Positions 12,260 to 25,319 of a stretch of DNA of 62,585 bases are shown here, in pieces. Location: contig JARDVH010000042.1 of assembly GCA_030324005.1 (NCBI GenBank), positions 64,099,167-64,161,751 of the forward strand, given 5' to 3'. The position numbers and the translations under genes are program-made. The notes beneath the pieces are model-generated. The model was not told where the DNA came from. It searched no databases and saw only the letters and a program-made list of their open reading frames with translations. Every line of letters starts with the position of its first letter. Position 1 is the stretch's first letter. Origin of the DNA: Negaprion brevirostris. Lineage: Eukaryota.

Positions 12260-12859
12260 GTAAGTGTTTAAATGTCCAAAGTTTTTCAGTGTATTAGATA
12301 AATTGGGCTAAATCTTACCGAAAGACGGCAGAGTGTGGTTCCTGGCAGAAAAAAAACTCAGCATGTTTCTCTGAAAAGAAACATGTTGGTTTTCTCCCCA
12401 GATCTTATGACACTCTGTCAAAGAAAATTCTAGGCGGNNNNNNNNNNNNNNNNNNNNNNNNNNNNNNNNNNNNNNNNNNNNNNNNNNNNNNNNNNNNNNN
12501 NNNNNNNNNNNNNNNNNNNNNNNNNNNNNNNNNNNNNTGTAAAAGATAATTCTAGGCGGTGTGCTTCACACAATTACATGGGGGCGGGGGTGGTGGAATA
12601 GAACATGCCAGCAAAGCTCAGTACACAGAGCCATCTTTAAAGGGCGCCATGATCATATCCTAAATAAACCTCCTCCCAGTCCACCACAGAAGCCTTAGGG
12701 GCTTCTCATCCCACTCCCAATCAATGTCGGCACTTCTCTGACGTCCTCTTCCGATCATTAACATCTTTCTCCCCCTGTCCACTCCCATCCCAGCCGACAG
12801 TCTGAGCCAGCATTCACATCGACAGTGAATGTGGACTTAAGATCACCCCCTGAATGTGT

Positions 12860-13375
12860 AAGTGGATGGATGAGTGTGTCAGTGGGTAGATGGGTTAGGT
12901 AAATAAGTAAGTGAAAAGGGTGGTAGATGGGTTTGGTGATAGGATGGCAGCTGGATGGGGTGGTGTGATAGCAGGTGGGTTGCGCAAGGTGGAAGGTGGG
13001 TAGAGCGATAGTGTGGGTGGCTGGTAGAATGACAAGTGAGTGAGATGGATAGGTGGGTTGGGCGTAGTCAGGTTGGTGTGGGTGGGGTGGGGGGGGGGAA
13101 GCACAGGAAGGGACTCAGTTGTATAGTTACCCAGGAATTTTTTGTCTAACATTTCCTGTGTAACTATTCAACCAGGTCAGAACTGTACAAAGTCTGACTC
13201 TAACCCAGAGTCACAGATATTATCGGAGGGTCCTGGGGAATTGACCATTGGAAGTCCAGACCGTCTGGCCAATTCCCACAAGAGCCGATGCATCAGGACT
13301 TCCATTGGGTCCAAGGTTTGCATCTTAGGCTTTATGTCTTGTTTTCAACAGTCAGGAGATTGAATATCTAGGCCA
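12860..13375 (+). repeat. Unclassified interspersed repeat (GT-rich tract, hairpin, conserved 3' block), copy 1
   Basis: Shares 'atagtta-ccaggaatt', 'ggggaattg-ccat--gaagt-ca-ac' and 'caattcccaca...atgcatcagga-ttcc' with 52015-52210; reverse copy at 18810-19270. Confidence 0.6.
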
Positions 13376-14589
13376 ATACCAATTCACTTTTCACTTCACA
13401 TNNNNNNNNNNNNNNNNNNNNNNNNNNNNNNNNNNNNNNNNNNNNNNNNNNNNNNNNNNNNNNNNNNNNNNNNNNNNNNNNNNNNNNNNNNNNNNNNNNN
13501 NNNNNNNNNNNNNNNNNNNNNNNNNNNNNNNNNNNNNNNNNNNNNNNNNNNNNNAGATTAAAAGCACTCAGAAATGATCATTAGACCAGATATCAAGTGG
13601 TGTTTGCAAATTTCCATCCAGTCTAACCATAATTGTTCTGCTGTTTTGCAACACTAGCACAATAATATGACTGCATAATATCAGAGGATAATAGAGTTAT
13701 ATCACTTCCAGAGATGACATAAGAACATTTCTCAAGTCTATCAGTAAACTTGCAATTACTGACAAGGATCACTGAGAAATCTGGTTCAGAGCTTGGAGCC
13801 TGTCCTTTCCATTATGGAAGTGATGGAAAATTGCATGTTAGCACTTGTGGAACAGATCATGAGGCAACAACTAATGGACCATGTCTCAAATTGTAATGCA
13901 GCACAAGTAGAAACTGCCTAACACCTGAGTACTGCAGTGAAAGCTCAGACTGAGATTACAGTTAACAAGCGGGTGAAAGATTATTGGGGGTAAGCAGGAA
14001 TGTGGGGTTAAAATTACAATCAGATCTTACAAATAACCTACTGGATTATGTGATCGATGCACCGCAGAATGGTCACAAGGGTTTTGGGGCAGAATCCTCC
14101 CTGGGATCAATGAGCCATCTCCTTCTTCAATGGTGGGTACCACTGTATGGGCACCTTTTATATGTGTGCTTGGATATAACAGCAGGAACACAGGGCTAAC
14201 CTGCCCATGCTGCCTTTCGAAACATCGGGATACGCCTGATTACATAGTTAGGCCAGCATCACACAAAATGACACAAATTCACATCAGCCTCCCTGCCAAG
14301 AAATATTCCAATTCCCTGTCCTCGCCACAGATACTAGAATGGAAAATCCCACCAGTAGATTCTAATTATCAACCTTGACCAAATATCAACGTTTATCACA
14401 AATGTGATTATTTTTACCTCAGTGTCATGTGTCCAAGCATCTTGTCTATTTATAATACAATCTGTTTTAAATAACAAAGAACAAATAATAATCTCAGTTC
14501 TACTGTCAAGTACACTGATCACAAGACTGAACAGGTATATGTACATTACTAACCACAAACAACATCATCAATAACTGCAGACACATGCT

Positions 14590-16290
14590 TTTTCAGTGCT
14601 TGCAACTTTGGATTGTTCTCCCTGGCAATGAAGGCTGCTCACATCTGCCTCAGGAGAGATATATTTCAGATATATTGTTTTTGTTGAACCAGTCCTAGTG
14701 ATGATAATGCTTGAACCCAATTGTCTGGGCACAGGAGTCTAGTGCAGTTGACTTTATTTAATTGTTGTTCTGAAATTGAGTTCCACGTTTGAAGACTTTC
14801 CAGATTGTTCATGAGCTCCACCTGGAATTTCTCTCCTTGGTCAGGCTGCTTTCAGGCTGAAACATTGATCTTCTTTCCTCTGAGAACTTTGGATCTTGCA
14901 ATGGCTGGGTGGATGCTCATCTTTGCACAAGTTGACAATCTATCCAGCAGATTTCAGCCCCTCACATGGATTGAGTGATACGTAAATCACTTAGATTTTT
15001 GACTTGAACAATTATATAATCTAGGAGGTGCCAATGCATTGTGGATTGTCCATGTTCTATTCATCCTTCTGGCAGTAGAGGGTGTTTTTTATACTGAATG
15101 CATTTTGTCAGCATGTGGATGCCATTTGCATTAGTTTCTCCCATCCTGGTTTTGCCAATCCTTCCTCTCCAGGCACTGGAGTCACAGCCAACCCTAGTAT
15201 TGAAGTCACCTAGAAGGATGACCTTTCCATCTTTGGGACAGCTGTGAAGACTTTATCAAGGAGAGAATATAACTTTTCCTTCACATATTTATTGGAGACA
15301 AGGTTTGGGGTTTAAAGTGCTGATGATTGTGGCATATTGGAAATGAGCCTTTCACTTACAATTGGGAAGTTCTGGCAGTGAATCCAAGATCCTATTCCCA
15401 ATGGCAAAACCTAATCTGTGGCGATGAGGATTACTATCAATCTTTTCTTTAAAATAGATGGTGTATCCACCTGTTTGTTCCTTCAGTTACCTCTCCCCAG
15501 GAAAGTGGCTCTCACTGAGGGCGATGATGTCAATTAGAAATCTTGATAACTTATTATACAATTATAGTTCTTCTTTCTGCACAGTCACTTTTGAGAATAT
15601 CCATGAGGGTTCTAAGATTCCAAATTGCAAAATTTAAAGTTCTCTTCCTTTGACCACAAAATTGGTGATTCCACAAGACGTGGCTCCCCAGCCAGGAGAA
15701 GATGGGCAGCCTATTTTTAAGGCACATTTTATGACATTCTCCCCATTTGAGGTGAGCAGAGGGTATCCTGAGGAGCACTACTCAGTTGCAAATGCTTTAG
15801 CCCAAATACACCTATGTTCTAATATACACCAATGACCTTCATGCATCTGTCACTTGTATGCAGATTCTCAACTGGGGGCTTCCAGATTCAAAATCCTGTC
15901 TTGATCGATCAACAATTTTTCATCATCACAGGACTTGGCGAATGGACACTGGTAGAAGCCTGCACGCAACTTTGTTTAATTTGGAAATCTTGAGTTACCA
16001 TCTGCGCATGATCTCGATGGGTAGTGGTCAGAGTTTGGTGGCGTGCTGAGCTACAATGACCAGGACCTTTTTACCACTGCAACCTTCTCCAATCTTTTCA
16101 GCTGGTGAGACACACAGTTTTCCTTTGCCAGTTCTGCTGTTGAGGACAGTTTTGGACTGCATTTTGTCTGGCAACACCCCTGACCTTGCCACCATGGGTG
16201 GCTTTACCAACAGCAAGGAGCTCCGAACAGCATCGCCCAAAAGATTGTTGGAGTGCACAAACCTCTTCACCGTGTCAAGGTGAAAATCCA
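14590..16290 (-). mobile_element. Degenerate RTE-clade LINE (5' UTR, AP endonuclease, part of ORF)
   Basis: Minus-strand translation 'TLNFAIWNLRTLMD...ERRTIIV', then DIIALSE, GYTI and VILLGDFN motifs typical of RTE endonucleases; multiple stops. Confidence 0.8.
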
Positions 16291-16434
16291 TGCATGCTAT
16301 ATGTAATATGTTAGACATCTTCAAGTTTTCAAATTCTTTAGTGATAAATATTGAACACTTCATACAGGAAGGTGAACGTCCTTTGGCTCCTGAACTCGCT
16401 AATAACATGTAATTCCTTAATCTGACACTAAATA

Positions 16435-16936
16435 ACAGTAAGAAGTCTCACAGCACCAGGTTAAAGTCCAACAGGTTTATTTGATAGTAAACGCCACAAG
16501 CTTTTGGAACGCTGTTGCTTCATCAGGTGAGTGGAGAGTTCTATTCAGAAACAGGGCATATAAAGGCACACACTGTTTACAGAATACTGACTAGAATGCG
16601 AGTCTTTACGGCTAAACTGCTATTCAAATCTGAAAGGTACAGACTATGTGAGTGGAGATAGTGATAGAGATAGTGGAGTGAGTGGAGTTCTGCACCTTTA
16701 AGACTTGAATGGCAGATTAGCTGTAAAGACTCGCATTCTAATCAGTATTCTGTAAACTGTGTGTGCCTTTATATGTCCTGTTTCTGAACAGAACTTTCCA
16801 CTCACCTGACGAAGGAACAGTGTTCCAAAAGCTTGTGGTGTTTAATATCAAATAAACCTGCTGGACTTTAATCTGGTGTTGTGAGACTTCTTACTGTGTT
16901 TACCCCAGTCCAATGCCGGTATCTCCATGTCATGAC
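16435..16936. mobile_element. Penelope-like element present as an inverted (foldback) pair of terminal repeats
   Basis: Arms 16435-16643 and 16689-16897 are reverse complements; 39-nt extension to 16936; direct repeat ACTAAATAACAG at 16427-16438 and 16935-16946. Confidence 0.7.
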
Positions 16937-17823
16937 TAAATAACAGCATCAGGGATCAAAATACCCTATTCTGTTTTAGTTGGGTAATATTCACTACTGT
17001 GCTTTTTCATTAAAATTGAAATGTACCAGATAACTCCCAGATAAGTGTATATGGAGTCTTTCAAAGCATCTCCATTTAACATTTAATTTCCAACAATCAA
17101 GCTATATTTCAGGAGGTTTGGAAATGGGATGTGTAGATACTTCTATGACTCTTATCCAACCCCGTGTAAGTTCCTCAATTCTTTGACCATTAGTGTGCAG
17201 GAAATGTGCTCTCCAACCTTACCTTTCTACATTAGAAAGGTGTAACTATGGGTACCCTAGTGAACTTTGTGGCAAAAGCAGGTGATCAGCATGTTGCCAA
17301 TACTTTATTAAGAAATGACAGAGGATATCCCTTTTTTCTGAAGAGGTCTGTGCAGAGCCATGCTGTTATCATGCTTCCACAGACACCTCTTTCAGTTCAG
17401 TCCCAGTGCCTCCTGCTCTGATTTCAGAACACAGAGCTGAACATATATCCCTTGTTTCCAGCTTTCTTGTGATCTGAGTAGAAGAAAATATAGTGATGCT
17501 TTTGTCATTCATTAGTGTCCTCATGTCCTTTTTGTTGTGAAGTTGAGTTTATAGGGATGTACAGAATATCTGTAAAGTGTGTAAAATACTAAAGGGGAAA
17601 CAACAGTGTATAGTTTCTTTAAATACTGGTTCTNNNNNNNNNNNNNNNNNNNNNNNNNNNNNNNNNNNNNNNNNNNNNNNNNNNNNNNNNNNNNNNNNNN
17701 NNNNNNNNNNNNNNNNNNNNNNNNNNNNNNNNNTGGTTCTGACCGTGTCATCAAAAACTAATTTTGTTCAATGCTGAGATGTTTGAAATGCAGAATACAC
17801 ACAGATTCTATGTTGCCAAAATT

Positions 17824-18639
17824 TGTTCTGAGGACCAGACAACACAATTGCTTTGGTAACCGGCTCTGCAGGTTTTTGTATTTTGTTATCCTATGAGTTT
17901 AAAGAAGACTCTCAGCTAATAGCCTATGAGTTTAAAGGAAACACTCAGCTAAAGGGAGCCTATAAGATTTGAATTTGCTGTTGTTGTCAACATCAAACCA
18001 ATCTGACCACAGGAATGTTGAAAGGTCATGAAGATTATAAAAGGGGAGCTCAAGTGCCTTGAGTTCAGTTGAACCAAAAGTTGAGGCAAGAGTTCAACCA
18101 GAAGTAGGGAGAGATCAGCTCCCTGCCAGTTTATAATATCTCTAGAGCCAATGGTCAGGGCCAGCTCAACTGGAGCAGTTAAAAAAATTAAGGGAATTAG
18201 CTCAATTTGAACAGTTAAATCAATGGGACCAGTTAATCCTTAACTCTGCTAGCTTCAGATAGGTCTTAAGATAACTCATTCTAACCAGCAAATAGTACCA
18301 AATCAGAGAGCACTTACAGACAGTGGACAACTACCAGACCTGTTTCTATATTTTCTTTGAGAGTGGCAGTTTTGTTATTACTGTTTTGGTAATGAATGTT
18401 CTTAGCGTTTATTTGAACAGTATTTTAGTCAAACTTTTCTTTAATTAAAATGTTTCTTGTTTAATTATATTTCTTGTTTGGCTAAAAATAAAATAACTTG
18501 TTAATTATCCTCTTAAAGTGAATGTCAGAACTTTATGTTAATGAATCTCTAAATGTTAAGGTAAAACAGTTAACACCTTCCCAAACACTCTAACAGATTG
18601 TGAAGTGAGGTAAAGGGGATTAACCTCTGCATTGTAACA
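17824..18639 (+). mobile_element. Solo LTR (~815 bp)
   Basis: TGTT...TAACA ends, TATA-like 'TATAAAAG' near 18035, AATAAA near 18487, U3-like tandem duplication of 'cctatgagtttaaag...ctcagctaa' at 17890-17965. Confidence 0.6.
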
Positions 18640-18809
18640 TTTTCCAGATCTAATTATTTCTTCACCAGAACACAAACTGCAATCAAGTCTAGATGACATT
18701 GGAGCTTAAAAGATTGCCAACACAGGTTAACCTATCAGTTTTCTAAGTTCCACAATCCTTTACTGTTTGTTTGCTGCATTATGCCCCAGGAAGTTAGTTC
18801 AGGAAACAT

Positions 18810-19270
18810 CAGCTATAAGCGCAAGCTCAAAAGATACAGGCTCAAAAGTTTCAATCTCCGGATGGTTGCACTTCAGATGGTAAACACCCTCAAAATGCAC
18901 TGGGGTAGCTCTTGGAAGTTCTGGTGCAAACAACACATGGGATTTTCCTAGGAAGCTTGGACTTCAGGTGGAAAATCCTTTGCTACAGGAACCCTCTGAA
19001 ACTCTGAAAAAGTTAGATACTTTTGATAGTTCCAACTCACCTAGAATAGTTATCTAGGAAAAGTTAGAATTAAAACTAGTTTTAACTCATGGGTAACTAC
19101 ACTCTTGACCCCCCAGCTCCTCATTGGACTCCCTCTGACTGCCGCACCCAACTATGTCCTCTGACCACTTGACTATCCCACCACGTGACTACCCTCCCGA
19201 CTACCCAAATATCCTCTGACCACCCAACTACTTCCCATATCCCTGACTTCCCATCCACTATGTAGCCTCC
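18810..19270 (-). repeat. Unclassified interspersed repeat, copy 2 (reverse)
   Basis: Reverse-complement similarity to 12860-13375, including the hairpin at 19047-19099 and a CA-rich tract. Confidence 0.5.
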
Positions 19271-20219
19271 AATCTGACCATCATCAAATCTGTAGCTCCC
19301 TGCTGTATCCTTGAAGGATTGTTATTGTAGCTGGGGTCATTATGAACACTTGGCTAAGTTTCAAAAACTACAAAAGCATCTATCTCAGCACACCAGGGAC
19401 TGAATTTGCTTTCTATTGGAAGTTTAAAATGGCTATTAAAAAATTAACCGTCTTTGATGTGTTACAGAATAGAAACTTATTTTTAGAACAATTATCATGA
19501 TTTAAATCTTTGGATGGTTTTCATGGAGGAGAGGCTTTTCGCATTATCAAGTGTGCATGAGCTCCATCAGATTATTGGAAATTCATATTTTTCTTTCTTA
19601 TCATCACGTGACTGCTGAGATCTGCCCATGTTGGATGTTGGGTGAGTAGCAATGGAGTCAGTATCAAGATATGAGGTGGCATGCAGGTGGTATGGAGGAG
19701 CATGCAGGTGGTATGGAGGGTGCATGAGTTGGCATGAAGGGAGATTAAGGTTAAAGTTGACATGGCATTGTTTGTGGAGTTGATGGTTCATGAGGGTAAG
19801 GGCCATGAAAATGGCCCAACCACTTTTATTACAACTGGGACAAAATCTCAGAGAACTTAGGTGGGCTTTCTCACCAGCCAGCCTCAACAATCACCCACCC
19901 CTGTGGCCACCTAAAATTGGTTTTCTGCTTCCAGGGTTGATGGGTCTGACTCTATTCACCATGTCATCTCACAGTGAAAATTGGTGTAATGGGGTCCATG
20001 TACACCAAGGCAGGTCTGCCAAGAAGGGAAATTTCCCAACGAGCCACACCTCAGGAGCCTGTTGTCTATAGTCCCTGCTATTTTCAACTTGTTTTAAAGG
20101 AACAAATGTCAGGAGCACAGCGTCAGGCTCTTTGGCCCACCAAGCCTGCATTGAATCGTGGTTTCTATCCCTTTGTTTACCTCCCATTCATTTTTTTTGA
20201 AGTTACACCTTGACTATTG

Positions 20220-20895
20220 CTAATATGCCTGCTTTCTCCACCTCCAGTGACAGTGCGTTCCAGGCATTCACCACTTTCTATGTGAAAAGTTTCCAGCACA
20301 TCTCCCCTAAACATACCACCTTGCACCTTAAATCTGTGCCCGCTTGTAGTTGACCCTTCCACCCTGGGAAAAAGAAACCTCTGACTATTCATCTTGCCCA
20401 TGCCTCTCATAATTCTGTATACTTCAATTAGGTTCCTCCTCAGCTTCCGTTTTTCCATTGAAAACAATCTGGGTTTATCCAATCTCTTCACGTACTTAAA
20501 ACCCTCCAAACCCAGAACATCCTGGTAAACCTTCTTTGCACTCTCTCCAATGTTATCCATGCCCTTCTGGTAGTGTGGTGATCAGAACTGCATGCAACCT
20601 TCCAAATGCTGCATAACTAAAGTTTTTATGGTTGTAACACAACTTGCCAACTTTTATACTCAATTCCCAGGCCGATGAAGGCAAGCATGCTGTATGGCTT
20701 CGTGATCACCTTATCCACCTGTATTGCCATTTTCAGGATCCATGCACTGTGTACCCAGATCCCTCTGTATGTCAATGCTCCTAAGGGTTCTGCCATTTAC
20801 TGTATAATCCACACCTGAATTTGATCACCTCACATTTGTCTGGATTAAACTCCATATGCCATTTCTCTGCCCAAGTCTGCAATCTATCTATACTA
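20220..20895 (-). mobile_element. CR1 LINE fragment
   Basis: ORF 20177-20560 gives 'LFSMEKRKLRRNLIEVYRIMRG...TSGHRFKV'. Confidence 0.88.
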
Positions 20896-23800
20896 TCGAT
20901 GAGCATGAACCAAAATTTCACAATTCCCTTCTACCACAGCTCCGGAAACCTCTGAAAATTAGATCACTGAACAGCAGGAGAAGTATAACAATAACAGTGC
21001 AGTCATGATGTGCACCGACAAAGAAGCCACTAGCGTGTTCAAGCTGCAGTTGAGGCAACTGTTGGAAGGATTATGCAGCATGGAACTGGTCACTTGCTCT
21101 GGTGCCAAGCAAAGTGTAGGTGAAGAGAAATGTGAATGGAGTAAATGGACAAGTGAGAGTGAGAATAGATGCATTGCAGGATCTGCTGTCTGCTGATGGA
21201 TCCTAACCTATCAGGTTACAGCACTGCATCTACAACCTCAATCATGATCTTGCTGCCAATCTCTACTACCTCTATTTATGCTTTCTTCATTGTGGCAGCT
21301 GTTTTCTTTGCAGCTTGTGGAAAACATATCTCTTCTCGCATTTACAACAGTAAATGTTTCCCCTAGGCAAGTATCAACATATCAGAGGGGAAATCTTCTC
21401 TCCCCTCTCAACAATATTCTTCTACCTCTCCAGTCCAAACCTCTGTCTATCTGTCTGTCTGTCTCTTGATCTCTCAGTGTCATACTGTACTTGTTGGTAA
21501 GCACTGAGTAATTGCATCCTATAGGTTTGCACTATGGCTGTTGAGGCACAGTGTAGATGAGAAACCTGGCAACAGCTATCAAATTATACCTGACTGTTAA
21601 AATGTGGCAATATTGTGAGCAGATCAATTGCTATTCCTCCTTACTCCAGCTGGTCCCTTTATATCTCCAGGTTAATACTGGGATCTGTGTGCATCAAGTT
21701 CATTATGTATTGCTGGGTGCTCTGTTAAACTATGAAACTGCAACTGGGTAAACTACACAAATAGATTTTTTTAACACAGCATCTTTTTAGGTAGGTGGAG
21801 AGAACAGAATTATGCTGTACATATATCAAAATACTTTAAAAAGTTTCTAATCAGATTTAAAACATATTTATGTGAGGAATGCCTGGTTAGTAGATTATCA
21901 CAGGACTCCCTGCTGTGAAATAAGAGTTTTCGTTTATGATTTTGCTTCAAATGTTGGTATTATCAATTCAGCAAGTTACTATATCCAGAATGAAGCACAA
22001 AATGATAGATAGCTAGATTGATTTTATTTGTCATTAGAAGTGTAAGACAGATAAGGATTGAGGCCTGGAAAATATCCTTAAGCTATAATCAGGTGTTTTG
22101 TTTATATTGCAACGGTATGTCTGAGTTGGCTATAGTTAAATGTGAATAATTTATTTGAGTATTTTTTTTTCTCTATTAGCTTGTCATTTTTATGCCGTGG
22201 AATACTGCAATAATGTGGTCATGTTAACCGAGCCGGAAGAATAATATATGCAAAAAAATATATTTGGTCAACTGTTCAGCTGAATGACCTAGCTATTCAA
22301 CCATAACCTGCAGTGACTCATCACACCATATGTTTCTTTGTTTTGTTGGCATGTGATTTGATTACTTTTGACTGCTACATGTATATGAAAGGATGGTGGA
22401 CTATGAAAGGGAGGAAAAGAGGCAGAAGTGAATGGATGTCAGGTGGTTTAAGGCTGGCTGGAGCTGATTGGATTTGACAAGCACTGTAGCCACTTGTGGT
22501 AATGGATGTCTCTGCTACAGCAGTGAAAAGGTGAAAAGGATTTAATTCCCCTTGAAAGAAGGAAACATGAGTCATTATTTAATTACTGCCTTCAGTGAAA
22601 ATCCCCCAGCATCCCGTGTTGATTTATAGGCCTGTCTCTTACTTCTTATATTAATGAACAAATGGGAATTTTAGATCTGCTCAGAATTACTTTGCTTCCT
22701 CTGATCTGCATAGAAGTTTACTTCAGGTTCCTTGAAATACAGTGCAAAGTCGTAAGGAAAAGTTAACTAGCTCTAATAATAAGTGAGATAGAAAACCCAA
22801 GAAAATGTTCCCAAAATTCATATTATTGAAATTGGTAAACTATGATTGTAGCTGTAATTTGTTATTTTGAGATTTATTATCTTGAAAAGAAATGCTGGAG
22901 TAGCAGTGTGAGGGAAGGAATAGATATAGCATTTAGTTTGCACAAACCTTTCAGGTTTGCTGTGAACTGTCTACAGCAACTGCCTGGCGCGTATGAACTA
23001 ATTTTCTATCGAAGACAATCAATGAGAGGTATATTATTAAAATAAAATTCAATTTGAGAAGGAACATTGTTTATGTTACTGATGTTGAAAGCTGATATTA
23101 CAGAGATTTGTTTCTCATAAATTAATGCAAGTTACCTTGGGAGATAAATCAGTTGAAGTCAAAATGAAGAAGCAGGACTCAAGTGAACAGAAACATTTGT
23201 TTCTCTCTGCTAATAACACAACCAAGTTTCCTACGGAACTCTTAGGTGGTAACTAGTTGATATTAAATTTTATTACAATTCATATTTGCTTCCTTTCCAG
23301 CAATAACAAATTCAAATTTACTATATTTCCCTGGGTGGTAACTGGTCAAAGTTATATAGGTTGTTAATTTCTATGTTAGCACAACATTAAGTATGCCATA
23401 GATAAATCTCCAGTCTATTTATGATGGTGAAATCTACCTGGCAAATCTAAAAATTATCAAGTGTGGCATTGGGTCAATAGTATGGAAAAAACTCATTTTG
23501 TCTCTAAACCTTCAGCTGTCTTTAGACTCAGATGCTAACAGTTTGACTGTGGTCACTTTTTCACCACAGGGAGCTGCTAGAGCTATTTAATTTGCATCTG
23601 AATCCATTGCATTTCTCCCTGTCTGCATTTCAGAAAAGTAGCTTAAAAATAATTCAATACAAATATACATATGTCCAGTGTGGATTTTTTTTCCTTTTAG
23701 AGAGCCAAGTCTTTGGAGATTCCTGATGTAATTCATAATGATCTACAGCAAATGCAATTAGAAATCCGTTCATCTCTTGTATTCTTTCCATTGTTCCCTC

Positions 23801-23934
23801 CATGGACTGTTTTGGAATATTGTTTTACTACGTTTTGAAACAAAGTTTGAAAAGCATGGCACAATGTCATGTTCAGATTTAAAATTGGACATTAAAATAA
23901 CAAAGAATTTTACTATCAGGAAATCTTCTAACAT

Positions 23935-24065
23935 TAAAAACTGTTATATAGCACAATTATGGTGGTAAAACATCCCAAAGTGTTTCATTGCACTAATAAC
24001 AAACAATATTTGACCCTATGACATAGAAGGAACTATTGGGGCAAATGACCTAAACCTGTTCAAAG
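23935..24065 (-). mobile_element. L2-like LINE 3' tail fragment
   Basis: 'tatatagcac...aaaacatcccaaagtgtttca' resembles the start of the element at 42520. Confidence 0.45.
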
Positions 24066-25319
24066 ACGCCAGGGTGATCTTACCAGCTTGTCCCGCTGGT
24101 TGATTGGTGCGGCAAGCCGGTAAGATCAGGCACGGGATGAAAAATAGGGTTTGAGCACTTGTTTTGCCTCTCGCAATGTTACCGGTACTGATTTGCTGAT
24201 AACATTGGCTTTGCGCCCAAAACAGTCTGTTAAAATGAACCACCACAATGCCAGTATCCAATATTATTGAGGGAGGTTGGTGAACAGCAGATGATGTCTC
24301 TAACAAAACATCATGAGGCTCCAGGTAAATCAGAGCCAGTCGGATAGTAAAAAGTAAGAGAGGGAGGTCAAACTCTGTCCTGTATCAGAGGTATAACCCC
24401 GCCATTTCAACACACAGATAAAATGGCATCTTCCAAAATTGAAAGTAAGTTCAGTTCTGTCTAGGAGGGGCATGATGACGTGTGGGAGGATCACTAAGCT
24501 CGGCTCTGGGGCTCCTTCTTGGACCACACACTTACTTATTGGTGCCACTGCAATGGATAGGGTCCAGGTCAGTTACACAGGATTTTGATCCCATCGCTCA
24601 AGAAGCAAGAGCAAGCTGGATTTCTAATTTTGCCCTTTGATGGAGATTGGCATTATTCAATAGCCTCATGTCAAATTTGGAAAAGTTACATAATTGAAGT
24701 CAGGACTGCAGCCTTGGAGAGTGAAGGCTAGTGGAGGGGGCACAGCTGCCTCAATTCTGTCATCCCATCAGTGAAAGGAAGCCAAGGGTTAACAATTATT
24801 GTCATTTATCAGTGGCCAAACCGATTCCATTCATTCAACATGTGCAACCGAAAGCTCGGTTATACTAAGTCAAAATGCGGAGTTCAGAGTCACATTAGTT
24901 CAATGATATAATTCACGAGTTTTCACCCCCACAGGGCTCCAGGTGTAACATCTGTGGGGTGGATTGATGCTCACCTCCACGTGTGTGCTGGAGTCCCAGT
25001 TTAAGGTACCATGAGGAACAATGCAATCTAAGGTGCCAGTGCTTAGCTACCCNNNNNNNNNNCCAACTTTTCACACAAGTCACTGATTCAAACCTTTGAA
25101 TTCAGTATCCTTTAACCATTCTGGCCTTCAACATCTCTCTTCAGAGAGAAGGCAAAAATGAAAATGGATCCAATGGTCCAGGGATCTTTTCTACAAATCC
25201 TAATTTGAGGCAAGAGGTAAAGCAGGTGTGCATGCAGCTCCCGTGGGAGACAAGGCCAGGGGAAGCATGAGCATCAATAGGAGGCGGAGAAGCAGAGACC
25301 CCCACAGTGGAGACATCTC

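Noticed and set aside
19675-19740. Short tandem units (GCATGCAGGTGGTATGGAGG x2) as a CRISPR-like array
   Set aside because: No unique spacers; low-complexity repeat interior in eukaryotic DNA.
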